Source: an uncultured Actinomycetota bacterium (GTDB taxonomy: Bacteria; Actinomycetota; Acidimicrobiia; Spongiisociales; UBA5794). From it: DNA of 64,000 nt. The stretch is from assembly GCA_963700375.1 (NCBI GenBank), contig CAVOXF010000001.1, positions 91,817 through 155,816 of the forward strand, read 5' to 3'. Positions within the stretch are counted from its first letter, which is position 1. Each line of letters opens with the position of its first letter. The notes below the pieces were generated by a model. It worked only from the letters and a program-made list of their open reading frames with translations. It was not told the origin of the DNA and did no database searches. The position numbers were made by a program, and so were the translations under genes. Of this stretch, positions 28,282 through 38,560 are shown piece after piece.

Positions 28282-29805
28282 ATGACCACTACCTTTGCTC
28301 AACTCGGGCTGCCCAAGTCACTCGTCGGCGCCCTCGAGCAGCGCGGCATCCTCGAACCGTTCCCCGTGCAGGAGGCAACCATTCCGGATGCCCTCTCCGG
28401 CAAGGATGTGTCGGGCAAGGCCCCAACCGGATCTGGCAAGACCATCGCGTTCGGCCTTCCGCTTCTCGCCCGCGTCGATCGCGCCAAGCCGAATCGCCCC
28501 CGGGCCCTCATCCTGGCTCCCACGCGCGAGCTCGCGGATCAGATCAAGGACGAGCTGGCACCCCTCGCTCAGGCAGTCGGTCGCAACGTGTTCGCCATCT
28601 ACGGTGGCGTCGGATACGGACCGCAGCGCAACGCCATGCGCCGGGGTGTCGACGTTCTCGTCGCAACCCCGGGTCGACTCGAGGACCTGATGGAGCAGCG
28701 GACCGTTGACCTGAGCCAGGCCGATATCGTCGTCGTCGACGAAGCCGATCGGATGGCCGACATGGGGTTCCTTCCCGCCGTCAAGCGCATTCTCGACCAC
28801 ACCGCGAAGAAGCGTCAGACACTGTTGTTCTCGGCAACGCTCGACGGTGATATCGCCGTCCTGAGCCGCTCCTACCAGCACGACCCTGTTCGCCACGACG
28901 CCGGCACGGTGGATGCTGAGGCCATCGACGCCAAGCACCACTTCTGGCTGGTCGAGCATCACGACCGGGTCGACCACACCGCCGACCTGATCAAGGCTGC
29001 CGACCGCTCGATCGTCTTCACGAGAACCCGCCACGGGGCGGACCGCCTCGCCAAACAGCTGACGAAACTCGGCGTGACCGCCGTCGCCATGCACGGAGGT
29101 CGCTCACAGAATCAGCGCAACCGTGCGCTCAAGGCGTTCTCCTCATACCGGGCTCAAGCGCTGATCGCCACGGACGTCGCCGCCCGTGGGATCCACATCG
29201 ATGCCGTTGCGTCGGTCATCCACTTCGACCCACCGGCGGATCACAAGGACTACCTCCACCGTTCCGGTCGCACGGCTCGCGCTGGAGCGACTGGGACCGT
29301 GGTGAGCCTTGTCACCGGCGAGCAGAAGCGAGCCGTTCGTAGGATGCAAATGGATCTCGATCTCGACGCTCCGATTGAAGCCCCGGCCCTCGATGCTCTC
29401 GACTTCGGGGGCTACCGGATCGGTACGCCGTCGACGAATGGGTCGAGGCCGTCGTCGAAGAACACCCGGAGCGAAAGGCAACAGAGCCGGCCGGCGAAGC
29501 CGTCCAAGCCGGAGCGCACGCCGTCGAACGGCGGAGGTCCCACGAAGGGCGGCGAGAGCGTATACGTCGCGAACCTGCCCTGGGGCACCACCGAGTCCGA
29601 CGTGGTCCGGATGTTCTCCCCATACGGCGACGTCCACCAGGCCACACTGATCACCGATCGACGAACGGGACGGTCGAAGGGATTCGGCTTCGTCGACATG
29701 CCTCGTCCGGCCGCACGCAGCGCCGTCGACGGGCTGCACGGGACGAAGATGGGCGGTCGCGACCTGACGGTTCGTCTGGCCAAGCCCAGAGCCCACGCCC
29801 GCTGA
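28282..29805 (+). CDS. DEAD-box ATP-dependent RNA helicase with C-terminal RRM (RNP-1/RNP-2) domain
   Basis: Q-motif FPVQEA, Walla A APTGSGKT, DEAD, SAT and HGG motifs. A basic S/R/K linker is followed by VYVANL (RNP2) and KGFGFVDM (RNP1). Confidence 0.9.
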   Translation: MTTTFAQLGLPKSLVGALEQRGILEPFPVQEATIPDALSGKDVSGKAPTGSGKTIAFGLPLLARVDRAKPNRPRALILAPTRELADQIKDELAPLAQAVGRNVFAIYGGVGYGPQRNAMRRGVDVLVATPGRLEDLMEQRTVDLSQADIVVVDEADRMADMGFLPAVKRILDHTAKKRQTLLFSATLDGDIAVLSRSYQHDPVRHDAGTVDAEAIDAKHHFWLVEHHDRVDHTADLIKAADRSIVFTRTRHGADRLAKQLTKLGVTAVAMHGGRSQNQRNRALKAFSSYRAQALIATDVAARGIHIDAVASVIHFDPPADHKDYLHRSGRTARAGATGTVVSLVTGEQKRAVRRMQMDLDLDAPIEAPALDALDFGGYRIGTPSTNGSRPSSKNTRSERQQSRPAKPSKPERTPSNGGGPTKGGESVYVANLPWGTTESDVVRMFSPYGDVHQATLITDRRTGRSKGFGFVDMPRPAARSAVDGLHGTKMGGRDLTVRLAKPRAHAR

Positions 29806-29925
29806 CGCTGCGAACCCAGGGTTCTCCGCGTTCTATTTGGCGCCCCGGGCCCGCGGAACAGAACGCTCCACGAACCGTGGGCTGACGGCGTCATATACAA
29901 GGCTGAGAACCCTGGGTTCGCAGCG
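29806..29925. mobile_element. MITE-like palindromic intergenic element, copy B (same terminal inverted repeats as copy A)
   Basis: It starts at the first base after the helicase TGA. It has the 20-bp termini GCTGCGAACCCAGGGTTCTC / GAGAACCCTGGGTTCGCAGC (the right repeat matches for 21 nt), and the core is related to copy A. Confidence 0.6.
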
Positions 29926-29981
29926 TCACCTCACATATTCAACGACCTCGGGTCACACGGACCCGTTTGAAAGGAGTGCCG

Positions 29982-30206
29982 ATGAAGAAGGCACAACACA
30001 ACTCGCGCAACTGCGCACCGATGACCATCAATCAGATGCGACGGGGCGGCACCTACCGCGCTACCACGCGCATCGGCAGCGCCGCCGGCCAGTTCCTCGG
30101 ACTCGAGACACCGCACGGCGATCGGTCGATCCTGCTTCGCGGCCGGACGGGGACCGCCTCGATCTCGCTCAGCGACATCACCTCGATCTGCCCAACGGCC
30201 GCCTGA
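29982..30206 (+). CDS. hypothetical small protein (74 aa)
   Basis: Strong SD GAAAGGAG sits 8 nt upstream of ATG 29982. No recognisable domain. Confidence 0.4.
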   Translation: MKKAQHNSRNCAPMTINQMRRGGTYRATTRIGSAAGQFLGLETPHGDRSILLRGRTGTASISLSDITSICPTAA

Positions 30207-30530
30207 CGGCGTCGACGGCGTCCTCAGCCACCCTGCACCCTCCGTGCAGACCTCCGTCTTCGACAATACGGCGATCACCCTCTCGGTCAGCTACTGGTAC
30301 CCATCGTCTGAATCATCCGGGGCATCCATGACGGATCGAGCGTTCCGAGCCGTCAAGAAGGCACGTGTTGATGCGAAGGTGGAACTCCCACATCCGACGC
30401 TCGATACAAACCAGGAGGCAGAACCGCCTGCGAGCCCCTCACCCGACGGATCAGCCAACCCACCGGTAGCAACCGCGAAGGACGCCGATACCACCTGAGA
30501 CGCTCGAGCGAAGCGGCCGACGATCCGGTC

Positions 30531-31013
30531 TCACTCGGCAGCGGACGGACCCGCTTCACGCGGTGGATCCACGGGGACCTCGGCCAGCAGTGGAACACTC
30601 TCGATGGGTGCAACTGCACCCGAATCGAGCGCCTTCCTCTGCGCCCTCTTGCCGATGCGATGCTTCGTGCGCACCTGGATCCACGATGCGACGATGGCGA
30701 TGCCGCTGAAGATGTAGAACACCGTGAAGACCTTCGAGAAATCCGACGACGGCTTGAGATCCCCAAAACCGACGGCAGTCAATGCGACCGAACTGAAGTA
30801 GAACGAGTCGACGAGGCTCCAACCCTCGATCACCGAGTAGGCCACCGTCCCTCCCAACAGGACGAAGACCGCCGCACCCCCGAGGATTCGGTTGCTGTGC
30901 CGATCCCACAAGCTCGCGGCTTCAGCATCTCGCGCTGCGGGATCGATTGGCGCGTTCAATGCGTTCCCTCCTCGAGGCGGCAGTCCGAGCGAAGACTCAC
31001 CGGGCTCCCACAT
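30531..31013 (-). CDS. two-TM potassium channel (ion_trans_2 family)
   Basis: Pore helix plus selectivity filter TAVGFGD flanked by two TM helices. Confidence 0.75.
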   Translation of the reverse strand: MWEPGESSLGLPPRGGNALNAPIDPAARDAEAASLWDRHSNRILGGAAVFVLLGGTVAYSVIEGWSLVDSFYFSSVALTAVGFGDLKPSSDFSKVFTVFYIFSGIAIVASWIQVRTKHRIGKRAQRKALDSGAVAPIESVPLLAEVPVDPPREAGPSAAE

Positions 31014-31035
31014 CGCCAGCTCGAGTCGACCTGAC

Positions 31036-32430
31036 TCAGCCGTCTTCAGCTTCGATCCGGCCCGACGCGATTGCAGCGGTGAAGGCTTCGAAGTCCCGCT
31101 GTGCCTGGTCGGCGTAGGCGGAAGCGAATTCCGTCAGCGCGTCGGCAAACACGGTTCCCGAACCGATGTATCCGGAAATCTGAAATGGATCTCCGGAGCG
31201 TGCATGGGATCGTGCAAGGGTCCACCCGCAAACACCGGCGTAGATCTTCAGCCTGCGCGGACTCATGGTCGCGATGTCAACCGAGCCCTTCATGTCGTAG
31301 AGCTGACGCCAATAGAACGCGCGACCCGCCGCACCGACCGACCAACCGAGGAAGATGTCACTCTCGGCCTGCATGAGGCGCTGGCCGCGCACCACTCGCT
31401 CGCCATGTTCGGAATACCTGCTCTTCGGCAGGTGAGCCTCGAGAACCGAATCGGTCGCTTCCTTGACCTGGAGGAAGAGCGGGTCCGTGGCGTCGCTCGC
31501 CTGGAGCAACACAATCAGGCAGCGCGTGCCCACGCTTCCGACGCCAACGACCTTCACGCCAATATCAACGATGTGATACTTGTCGATCAGGACTCTGCGG
31601 TTGTCGCTGAGCGTGCCCTTGTACTGTGCAAAGCTGCGCTCGGCGCCTTCTCTCAACTGACCGGGATCGTACTCGGCCGGTAGATCCCTGAGGGGTACGA
31701 GCAGCGGCGGGTCACTCTTGATGCGGAACTTGCCATCAACGTTCTCTGCGAGTCGGCTCAGCGCCCTCAGACTGTCTTTCGAACGAGCTTTCGCTGTGGA
31801 CTTCTCGACCCGCGCTCGGTCCTTCTTCTTTGGCAGGGCGTCGGTGATTTGCTGCAGCGTGAGATGCGCGTACCAGACGTCCAGCGTGGTCATCATGGTG
31901 AACCCGGCCATGGCCTGCTGGTAGGCGAGGACCGACGTTGTTGCCAACTCGCGGATATCGGCATCGTCGAACTGGCTGTCACGCCCTGCGAGGACGAAGC
32001 TGGCCGCCAGTCGCTTCAGATCCCACTCCCAAGGCCCGGGGAGCGTCTCATCGAAGTCATTGATATCGAAGATCTGCTGGCGCGTCGGCGTGCCGAACGA
32101 ACCGAAGTTCGAGAGATGTGCATCGCCGCAGATCTGGCTGGTCAACCCGGATGCCGGCGTACCGGCCAGGTCCGCCGCCATAATCGCGGCCGCACCGCGA
32201 TAGAACGTGAATGCCGACTCAGCCATGCGGTAGTGGCGGATCGGGACCAGCCATGGGATCCGGTCGGCGTTCTGGTCGGTGATCAGCGTCACGGGATCGG
32301 CGCGGTCCGCCGGCGGAGTCCAGACCGCATGGCTCGACCTCGGGACGGTCCTACGTATCTCCTTGCCGCGCGCCGTGCGGTCCGCGGGTGTGGCCGACTC
32401 AGTCATCTCTTCATCCTCCAAGCCGGCCAC
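31036..32430 (-). CDS. DUF2252 family protein
   Basis: Full-length match to the DUF2252 architecture (FYRGAA...GDAHLSNFG...DINDFDET). Confidence 0.7.
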   Translation of the reverse strand: MAGLEDEEMTESATPADRTARGKEIRRTVPRSSHAVWTPPADRADPVTLITDQNADRIPWLVPIRHYRMAESAFTFYRGAAAIMAADLAGTPASGLTSQICGDAHLSNFGSFGTPTRQQIFDINDFDETLPGPWEWDLKRLAASFVLAGRDSQFDDADIRELATTSVLAYQQAMAGFTMMTTLDVWYAHLTLQQITDALPKKKDRARVEKSTAKARSKDSLRALSRLAENVDGKFRIKSDPPLLVPLRDLPAEYDPGQLREGAERSFAQYKGTLSDNRRVLIDKYHIVDIGVKVVGVGSVGTRCLIVLLQASDATDPLFLQVKEATDSVLEAHLPKSRYSEHGERVVRGQRLMQAESDIFLGWSVGAAGRAFYWRQLYDMKGSVDIATMSPRRLKIYAGVCGWTLARSHARSGDPFQISGYIGSGTVFADALTEFASAYADQAQRDFEAFTAAIASGRIEAEDG

Positions 32431-32484
32431 ACCGCTGCGGCCTCGTTTCGCGTTTCCGGTACCAGTTGTCGGTGGTGCTCGGCG

Positions 32485-32892
32485 TTATGCCTCGGCGATA
32501 TCGCGTCCGTGCACGGTCAGTGCCCAGATGATGAAGATCGACACGGCGAGGAACGCAATGGCCCACACCGGATACCACGGCATCCATGCGAAGGCCACCA
32601 ACGCCCACAACACCGCGACAAGCACACCAACCGTCCGCGCCCACACCGCGCCACTGAACAGATAGAACCCCGCCAACAGAACCACAATACCCAAGATCAG
32701 ATGAATCCAGCCCCACGTCGTCACATCGAACTTGAAGATGTAGTCCGGTGTGACCACAAAGAACGCGTCATTCGCAATCGCCACGATGCCCGCGATGATC
32801 CACCAGACACCACCCATCACCATCATGATCCCAGCAAACGCCGTCCAACCAATCGCCCAACCACTCGGATCCTTGTCCACGACGCCTCCCAT
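32485..32892 (-). CDS. small 4-TM membrane protein
   Basis: Trp-rich hydrophobic helices. Probable start MGGVVDKD. Confidence 0.5.
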   Translation of the reverse strand: MGGVVDKDPSGWAIGWTAFAGIMMVMGGVWWIIAGIVAIANDAFFVVTPDYIFKFDVTTWGWIHLILGIVVLLAGFYLFSGAVWARTVGVLVAVLWALVAFAWMPWYPVWAIAFLAVSIFIIWALTVHGRDIAEA

Positions 32893-32988
32893 CCCTCTGG
32901 ACCTGCGAGTGCAGGTCATCCAGCGTTCCCAGAATCCATTCTTGCACCAGGAAGTGGCCCGCGCTCGAATTCGAAAGGTTCGCTTCGC

Positions 32989-35013
32989 CTACTGGAAGTC
33001 TGAGGGAGCGTCGCCCGCTGTGATCTTGACGGCGGGCTCTCCGGCGTCCATCGGCGTCCGGTCTCGGAGGTAGACACCGGGCCTCGCGCGCTTCGGACGT
33101 TTCGTCCGCTTCGGTACGCCTCCGTCCTCTTTCGCCACCGCCTTGGCGTTCTTGATCCGCTCGCCTCGCTCGAGTTCGAGCTGACGCAGCGTGTCGACCA
33201 CCTTCTCCATCTGCTCATCGGTCACATCGTCGAGCTGGTAGGCCGCGTGTACGAAGTGTGCCGTGTCGCCCCGATAGTCATGACCGAAGCTCTTGAACTG
33301 ACCGGGCACGGTCCGCATGGCGTTCATCGCATCGACCATGATCTGAACGAACGTAATCAGCGGAACCCACTGCATCCCCTCGGGAACGTTGCGGCCCCGT
33401 TCGGTGCCATCGAGCCACGGCGGACGCTTCACCGCCCACCTGAACGACATCTGGGCGATCGGGTCGTTGTCGTGGTCCACGATCACGGCACGAAGCTTCT
33501 TGCGCTCCTCCGTGGAGAGCTTCTCGTACTCACCGAAGTTGTCGAAGGCCTCCACGGTTCCCGGTGGGACGAGATCGCTCGATCCCTGCCGCATCCCGGT
33601 CTTCGACCATTTGGCGAGGCCGACGAGACCGAACCAGAGTGCATGGTCGATGCCGTAGTGATCGAATCCGGCGATGCCCTGATGCATCACGACATCCGAC
33701 GAAGACCACGAACCAAGGCTCTCTCCGAACACCAGCACCTTCGGACGTTCGGCCTCGGGCATCGAGCGAAGCCGCTGCCTGACCCCCCACAGCAGGCCCC
33801 GGAACTGCGACCGCCCGAGGTGGACCTTCTGGACCTCGAGGAAGGACGGGCCGCGCCCGTACTGGATGCAGGCCGTCGCGATATCGCCGCGGGCGAGGAT
33901 CTCGGCCGATTCGATCATCGTCTGGTCGACCCAACCCGTCCCGGTCGGAGATACGAGCAGCAGGTACTTCCGATCGAACGCTCCGAGGCGCTCCAACTCG
34001 TCGAGCATCATCTCGGAGCGCCCAGACGGATAGAGCGGATCGCTGTTGACACCGACGAAGGCGCGGATCGGGTGGGCGACGGCCTTCTCCCCCAACGTCG
34101 ACTCGATGAGGTCCGGTGTCACCACGTCGGTGAGGAACCGGCGACCCTGCAGACCAACCTCGAGGAACGGCGAAATGCTCTTCGGTCCGCCGGACACGAA
34201 TTCGCTTGTTGGGGGCCTCGAGTAGGCCGGTTCGACCTTTTCGTTCGACCGTGCAATCAATCCCACGACCGTTGAGTAGAGCGCTATGCCGCCGGCGGCC
34301 CACACGGCGTTGTTGATCGTCCTTCCGACCTGGGCTCGCGCCGGGTCATCTCCGAAGTAGGCGACCATGCCGCGTCGTGAGGCCAGGTAGCCGCGTCCGA
34401 TGCCGCGGCCCGCGGAACCGACCGCGAACCCGATCGCAAGAGAGGAGCCGAGGGACGCCGGCTTGTCGTCGTCGGTCCATTGCATGATGACGCTCTGCCT
34501 TTGTGCAAGGAGATCCTTGGAATAGACAAGTGCTGCGCCGAACCCGGCGGCGCTCGCGATGACGGGTCGCATCGGCGACCTGGCCGGGTACCGCTGACGC
34601 AGTGCCACGCTCGCTTCATAGATCATTGCCCCTTCGGCCGCGACCGTCGCCAGGCGCCCCATGCTCCTGAGGGATGCTTTCGCCGTCGCCTCATCGTCGG
34701 TCTCGGGGATCTTGCTGACCGCGAGGCCCACAGCCGCAATTGCCGCACGGGTGCCGAGCCGCATTGGAAGCGGAGCCGTCGCGGGTACAAATCGCCGGAC
34801 GGACGCGTCGAGCGCGCTCACAACGAGATCGGCGGCTAGGATCGACAGTCCGGCGGCCATCCCCTGATGCATGGAGGCGCGGGGCATCAGGGAGGGCCCG
34901 AACGACGCGAAGACTGCCCGCGTCTTCAACGGCGCCGACGGGCTGTTCGTTATCGGATTGAATCGATTGGCCGCCCAGACGGCGATCTTCCCGATGGCTG
35001 CACCGGATTTCAT
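32989..35013 (-). CDS. membrane-anchored alpha/beta-hydrolase family protein (PF10081/PF15420-like)
   Basis: N-terminal TM region, GxSxG nucleophile (GESLGSW) and a long C-terminal domain. ATG at 35013, with AGGAGG 8 nt upstream. Confidence 0.6.
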   Translation of the reverse strand: MKSGAAIGKIAVWAANRFNPITNSPSAPLKTRAVFASFGPSLMPRASMHQGMAAGLSILAADLVVSALDASVRRFVPATAPLPMRLGTRAAIAAVGLAVSKIPETDDEATAKASLRSMGRLATVAAEGAMIYEASVALRQRYPARSPMRPVIASAAGFGAALVYSKDLLAQRQSVIMQWTDDDKPASLGSSLAIGFAVGSAGRGIGRGYLASRRGMVAYFGDDPARAQVGRTINNAVWAAGGIALYSTVVGLIARSNEKVEPAYSRPPTSEFVSGGPKSISPFLEVGLQGRRFLTDVVTPDLIESTLGEKAVAHPIRAFVGVNSDPLYPSGRSEMMLDELERLGAFDRKYLLLVSPTGTGWVDQTMIESAEILARGDIATACIQYGRGPSFLEVQKVHLGRSQFRGLLWGVRQRLRSMPEAERPKVLVFGESLGSWSSSDVVMHQGIAGFDHYGIDHALWFGLVGLAKWSKTGMRQGSSDLVPPGTVEAFDNFGEYEKLSTEERKKLRAVIVDHDNDPIAQMSFRWAVKRPPWLDGTERGRNVPEGMQWVPLITFVQIMVDAMNAMRTVPGQFKSFGHDYRGDTAHFVHAAYQLDDVTDEQMEKVVDTLRQLELERGERIKNAKAVAKEDGGVPKRTKRPKRARPGVYLRDRTPMDAGEPAVKITAGDAPSDFQ

Positions 35014-35120
35014 GAATCGGTCCTCCTCATGCTGATCTGCTCCATCGTGACCGTCGTCACCGGGTTCTCCTTCTGAGACCGTGCACTGCGTGCGGATGCG
35101 TGCGCAATTGACCACCGATT

Positions 35121-36009
35121 CTAGGCGTCGGGGCTTTCGACGCCGTTCCTCGAGATCCACCTGCCCAACTCCGCGCCGATCGGCATGAGCAAGACGAGTC
35201 CGATCAGTGCACCGACGACGACGGTGACGAGGACATTCGGTTTGTCGGAGAAGTTCTGCGCACCGCCCACCATCGCCGCTGAAACGTTGCGCTGGGCTGT
35301 TCCGAGACCCAACATGGACCGGGTCGCCGCATCGGATCCACCTGCGACATACCCGAGAACGAGGGAGATCAATAGGAAGACCACGATGGCGATCAGGCCG
35401 CCCGTTCCGATCAACGAGACGATGGCGCTCCACTGCAGGATGATCGCTCCGACCAGCAGCAGGAGGATGGCAAGCGAAGACGCATGCGACATGAGACCCT
35501 GCAGCCCTCCGGCAATGGCCGACCAACGCGCCTTCATCAACAGCCTGATCCCGAGTGGCAGCAGCATTGCGACGATCAGAGATTTGGCGATATCCCATGC
35601 ATTGATGTCGACACCGGACAGGAACACCGGCAGCACGAGCGGCACATAGACGACCGGCACAACCATCAGCAGAACCATGAGTCCCACCGAGAACGTAGCG
35701 TTCCCATTCGCCACCTGGCCAGCTTGGGGAGGAACGGCGCGCCGGCAGCGGTCGCGAGGAGGAGACCTGTGTAGACGTCCTGGTCGAGATCCACTACCGC
35801 CTGGATACCCCAGGCGATCAAGGGCAGGGCAATGAAGTTGATCGCGAGCGCCAGAATCACCAGATGCAGGTTCTTCAGCGGCCCGATGATCGCGGGGATC
35901 GTGAGGCTCAGGCCCATCGCGAGCATGGACGACACGACAGAACCAACGCCGACAGTTGGACGATCACGCCAAGCATGTCGCTCGCATCGCTCTGGGCAAA
36001 CACGACCAT
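35121..36009 (-). pseudogene. bile acid:sodium symporter (BASS) family transporter, disrupted by at least two frameshifts
   Basis: Three consecutive BASS-like segments sit in three different frames: N-terminal 36009..~35940, middle 35935..35666 (MLAMGLSLT...) and C-terminal 35714..35121. Confidence 0.6.
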
Positions 36010-36218
36010 CGCAACAACTCCTTCACAGGCGATCCGTTTGATCCTACCGAGTCGAACCTGGGCACCCCACGGGATGGCGGCATCCCCGGAATCGGGTAGT
36101 CACATCGGCGCGACTCGCAACGGCTATCGGCTGCTCGTACCCGAATCGGGTGTCGGAGCTCGGCCCGAGTTCCGGCATGCTTGAATGACGAGACGATCCG
36201 CAACCGGAGGCGATAGAC

Positions 36219-37472
36219 ATGGCCGACAAGAACGATTCCGTTCGGGAGGACGGCTGGGCAAGAGCTCAGGTCTCGGTTCCGGATGACGTCGCGGCCGCAG
36301 TGCAGGATTTGGCCGATCAGCCAGCGGAGTCGAAGACCGGACGGCCGCCATGGGCCGACAAGTTCGTGTGGCAGTCGTTGTGGAAGGTGGTCGCCGTCGT
36401 CCTGATAACGCTGCTGTCCCTGGCGATCGCATACCGCACGCAGACACTGCTACGCCAGCTCGCGGTTGCGTTCTTCTTTGCCCTGGCGATGATTCCTGCG
36501 GTTAAGTACATGCATGAGCGCTGGGGATGGAAGCGCGGTGTGGCCGTCGGGGCGATCTACGCCGGTCTCCTGCTGTTCGTGGTGCTGATGGTCATGGTGC
36601 TGATCCCGGCGATCAGCAACTTCGCGGACCAGGTCTCGTCGAGTGGCGGCCAGTATGCGGATCAGATCAACGAGTACTCGCAGAATCTGATCGGCGAGGA
36701 CATCATCCCGCAGGATTCGGGGACCGACGCGGGGGAGTCGGCGGGTTCCGCGATGTCAGGGTGGGCGGACAACATCCTCGGTGCGGTGACATCGGGGATC
36801 GCGCTGATCTTCCAGATGGCGACGATCCTGCTCTTCACGTTCTACTTCGCGGCCGATGCGCCGCGTATCGAACGGGCCTTGTTGTCGCGGATGCCACCGG
36901 ATCGTCAGCGAGTCACGGGGTGGGTATGGGACACCGCGATCGAGCAGACCGGGGGCTACTTCTATTCCCGCATGATTCTCGTGATCATCAACGGCGGCCT
37001 GTTCTTCGTGGTGATGGTGCTCGTCGGCATGCCACTGACGTATGCGATACCGTTGTCGGTCTTTGAAGGCTTCGTCGCCGAATTCATCCCGGCCGTGGGA
37101 ACCTACATCGCAGCAGCTGTTCCGATCGCTCTCACGTTGGTGGTTCAGGGCTTGGTGCCGGCGTTGATCCTGCTCGTGTGGGTTTTGATCTACCAGCAGG
37201 TCGAGAACTACTACCTATCGCCGAAGATCTCGGCGAACACAATGGAGATCAACGGCGGGGTCGCATTCGGTTCGGCGCTCGCCGGCGGCGCCATTGCCGG
37301 TCCGATGGGGGCGTTCGCCGCCCTCCCCGTTGCCGCGCTGATCACGTCCATCATCAAGAACACGGGCAAGACCTACGACGTCGTCTACCAGTCCAGCTAC
37401 GACTCGACCGATGACCACGTAGATGCGGCGCCTGCGAGCAGCATTGGGGATCCGGACCCGGCAACCGCCTGA
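36219..37472 (+). CDS. AI-2E family transporter (PerM/UPF0118)
   Basis: Eight-TM topology with the conserved AI-2E C-terminal block (YQQVENYYLSPKI). Confidence 0.8.
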   Translation: MADKNDSVREDGWARAQVSVPDDVAAAVQDLADQPAESKTGRPPWADKFVWQSLWKVVAVVLITLLSLAIAYRTQTLLRQLAVAFFFALAMIPAVKYMHERWGWKRGVAVGAIYAGLLLFVVLMVMVLIPAISNFADQVSSSGGQYADQINEYSQNLIGEDIIPQDSGTDAGESAGSAMSGWADNILGAVTSGIALIFQMATILLFTFYFAADAPRIERALLSRMPPDRQRVTGWVWDTAIEQTGGYFYSRMILVIINGGLFFVVMVLVGMPLTYAIPLSVFEGFVAEFIPAVGTYIAAAVPIALTLVVQGLVPALILLVWVLIYQQVENYYLSPKISANTMEINGGVAFGSALAGGAIAGPMGAFAALPVAALITSIIKNTGKTYDVVYQSSYDSTDDHVDAAPASSIGDPDPATA

Positions 37473-37810
37473 CCGACACGAGCCGATGGCCGATCCAGGC
37501 CATAGAGAGACTGGGAAAGTCCGGGGCTGGCGCAAGCCGCTCCGGACCTTCGTCTCGTAGGTCAGAAGCGACGATCTCCTCACCGGTCTTGCGCGGGAGG
37601 AGCCGAGCGCTCATGAGAATCGCGCGTTCGCCGTCGTCATCGTGTTCGTGGTCGCGTTCTTCGGGTGCAGAATCGGTGAACTGGACGGTCGCTTCCGTCA
37701 GCTGCGATGAGTTCAGTGTGCGTGGGAACGACTTCCCAGCCGACTGCTACGACGGCAGGTAGCACGATCGAAGGTGCTGCGGGGTGCTCGCCGGAAAGGC
37801 GACGTGCGTA

Positions 37811-38560
37811 TCAGGCCTCGTCGAGCCAGACGCCGACGGGATCCTGTTCGGAAACAACGACCCCACCGAGCACTTCTTCGCTGACCGCGAGGCCGGCAAG
37901 TTGGCCTTCGACGCGGAATGCGGTGATGTCGGGACGGTTCCCCATGAGACCGACAGAGATCACGCGTTCACCGACGATCGCCCAGAGCTGGTAGGTGCGA
38001 TTCTCGGCGAGCGTTGGGAGAGCGCTGCCGTCGATGAAGCCCTCTCCGTCCGTCGTGACGACGACGTCTGCGACGACAGTTCCGCCAGCCGGATCGACCA
38101 GGTCGACGGTCAACGATCCGGGGAGTTCCGCCGACGCGAGCGCAAGCGCTTCGAGGCCTTTGGGCTCCGACTGATTCTGATTCACCAGCAGACCGGCGGT
38201 CAGGGAGACGGCAACCGCGACGGCGGCGACACTTCCGATGATCGGGGCGAGACGGCGCCACGGCGATCGACGAGGAGCATCGACATCGGGAGCATCGGCG
38301 TCGGGAGCATCGGCGGGAGGCAGGCCCGGGGAGGATTCCAGACCTGCCGCCAGCGCGATGCGATCCCACAACTGAGGCGAGGCTGCGGGCACAACGTCGG
38401 AGAATCCCTCGACGAGATCGGCGGCAACCTCTCGGTAGGCCTCGTACTCGTCGCTCAGTTCGTCATCGAAATCGATTGCGACCGATACGAGGGCGCTCTC
38501 GTCCTCTGGGAGGGCGTTGAGGGCGTGCGCCGCGACTGCGTCGTCGAGGTTCTGGCTCAT
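37811..38560 (-). CDS. membrane-spanning anti-sigma factor (RskA-like)
   Basis: Acidic N-terminal sigma-binding region, a single TM (IIGSVAAVAVAVSLTAGLLV) and an extracytoplasmic C-terminal domain. It is translationally coupled to the upstream ECF sigma. Confidence 0.6.
   Translation of the reverse strand: MSQNLDDAVAAHALNALPEDESALVSVAIDFDDELSDEYEAYREVAADLVEGFSDVVPAASPQLWDRIALAAGLESSPGLPPADAPDADAPDVDAPRRSPWRRLAPIIGSVAAVAVAVSLTAGLLVNQNQSEPKGLEALALASAELPGSLTVDLVDPAGGTVVADVVVTTDGEGFIDGSALPTLAENRTYQLWAIVGERVISVGLMGNRPDITAFRVEGQLAGLAVSEEVLGGVVVSEQDPVGVWLDEA

Noticed and set aside
30244-30498. 84-aa ORF (possible MTDRAFRAVKKARVDAK... protein)
   Set aside because: No SD, no domain, low-complexity P/A-rich C-terminus. 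It cannot be distinguished from a chance ORF.
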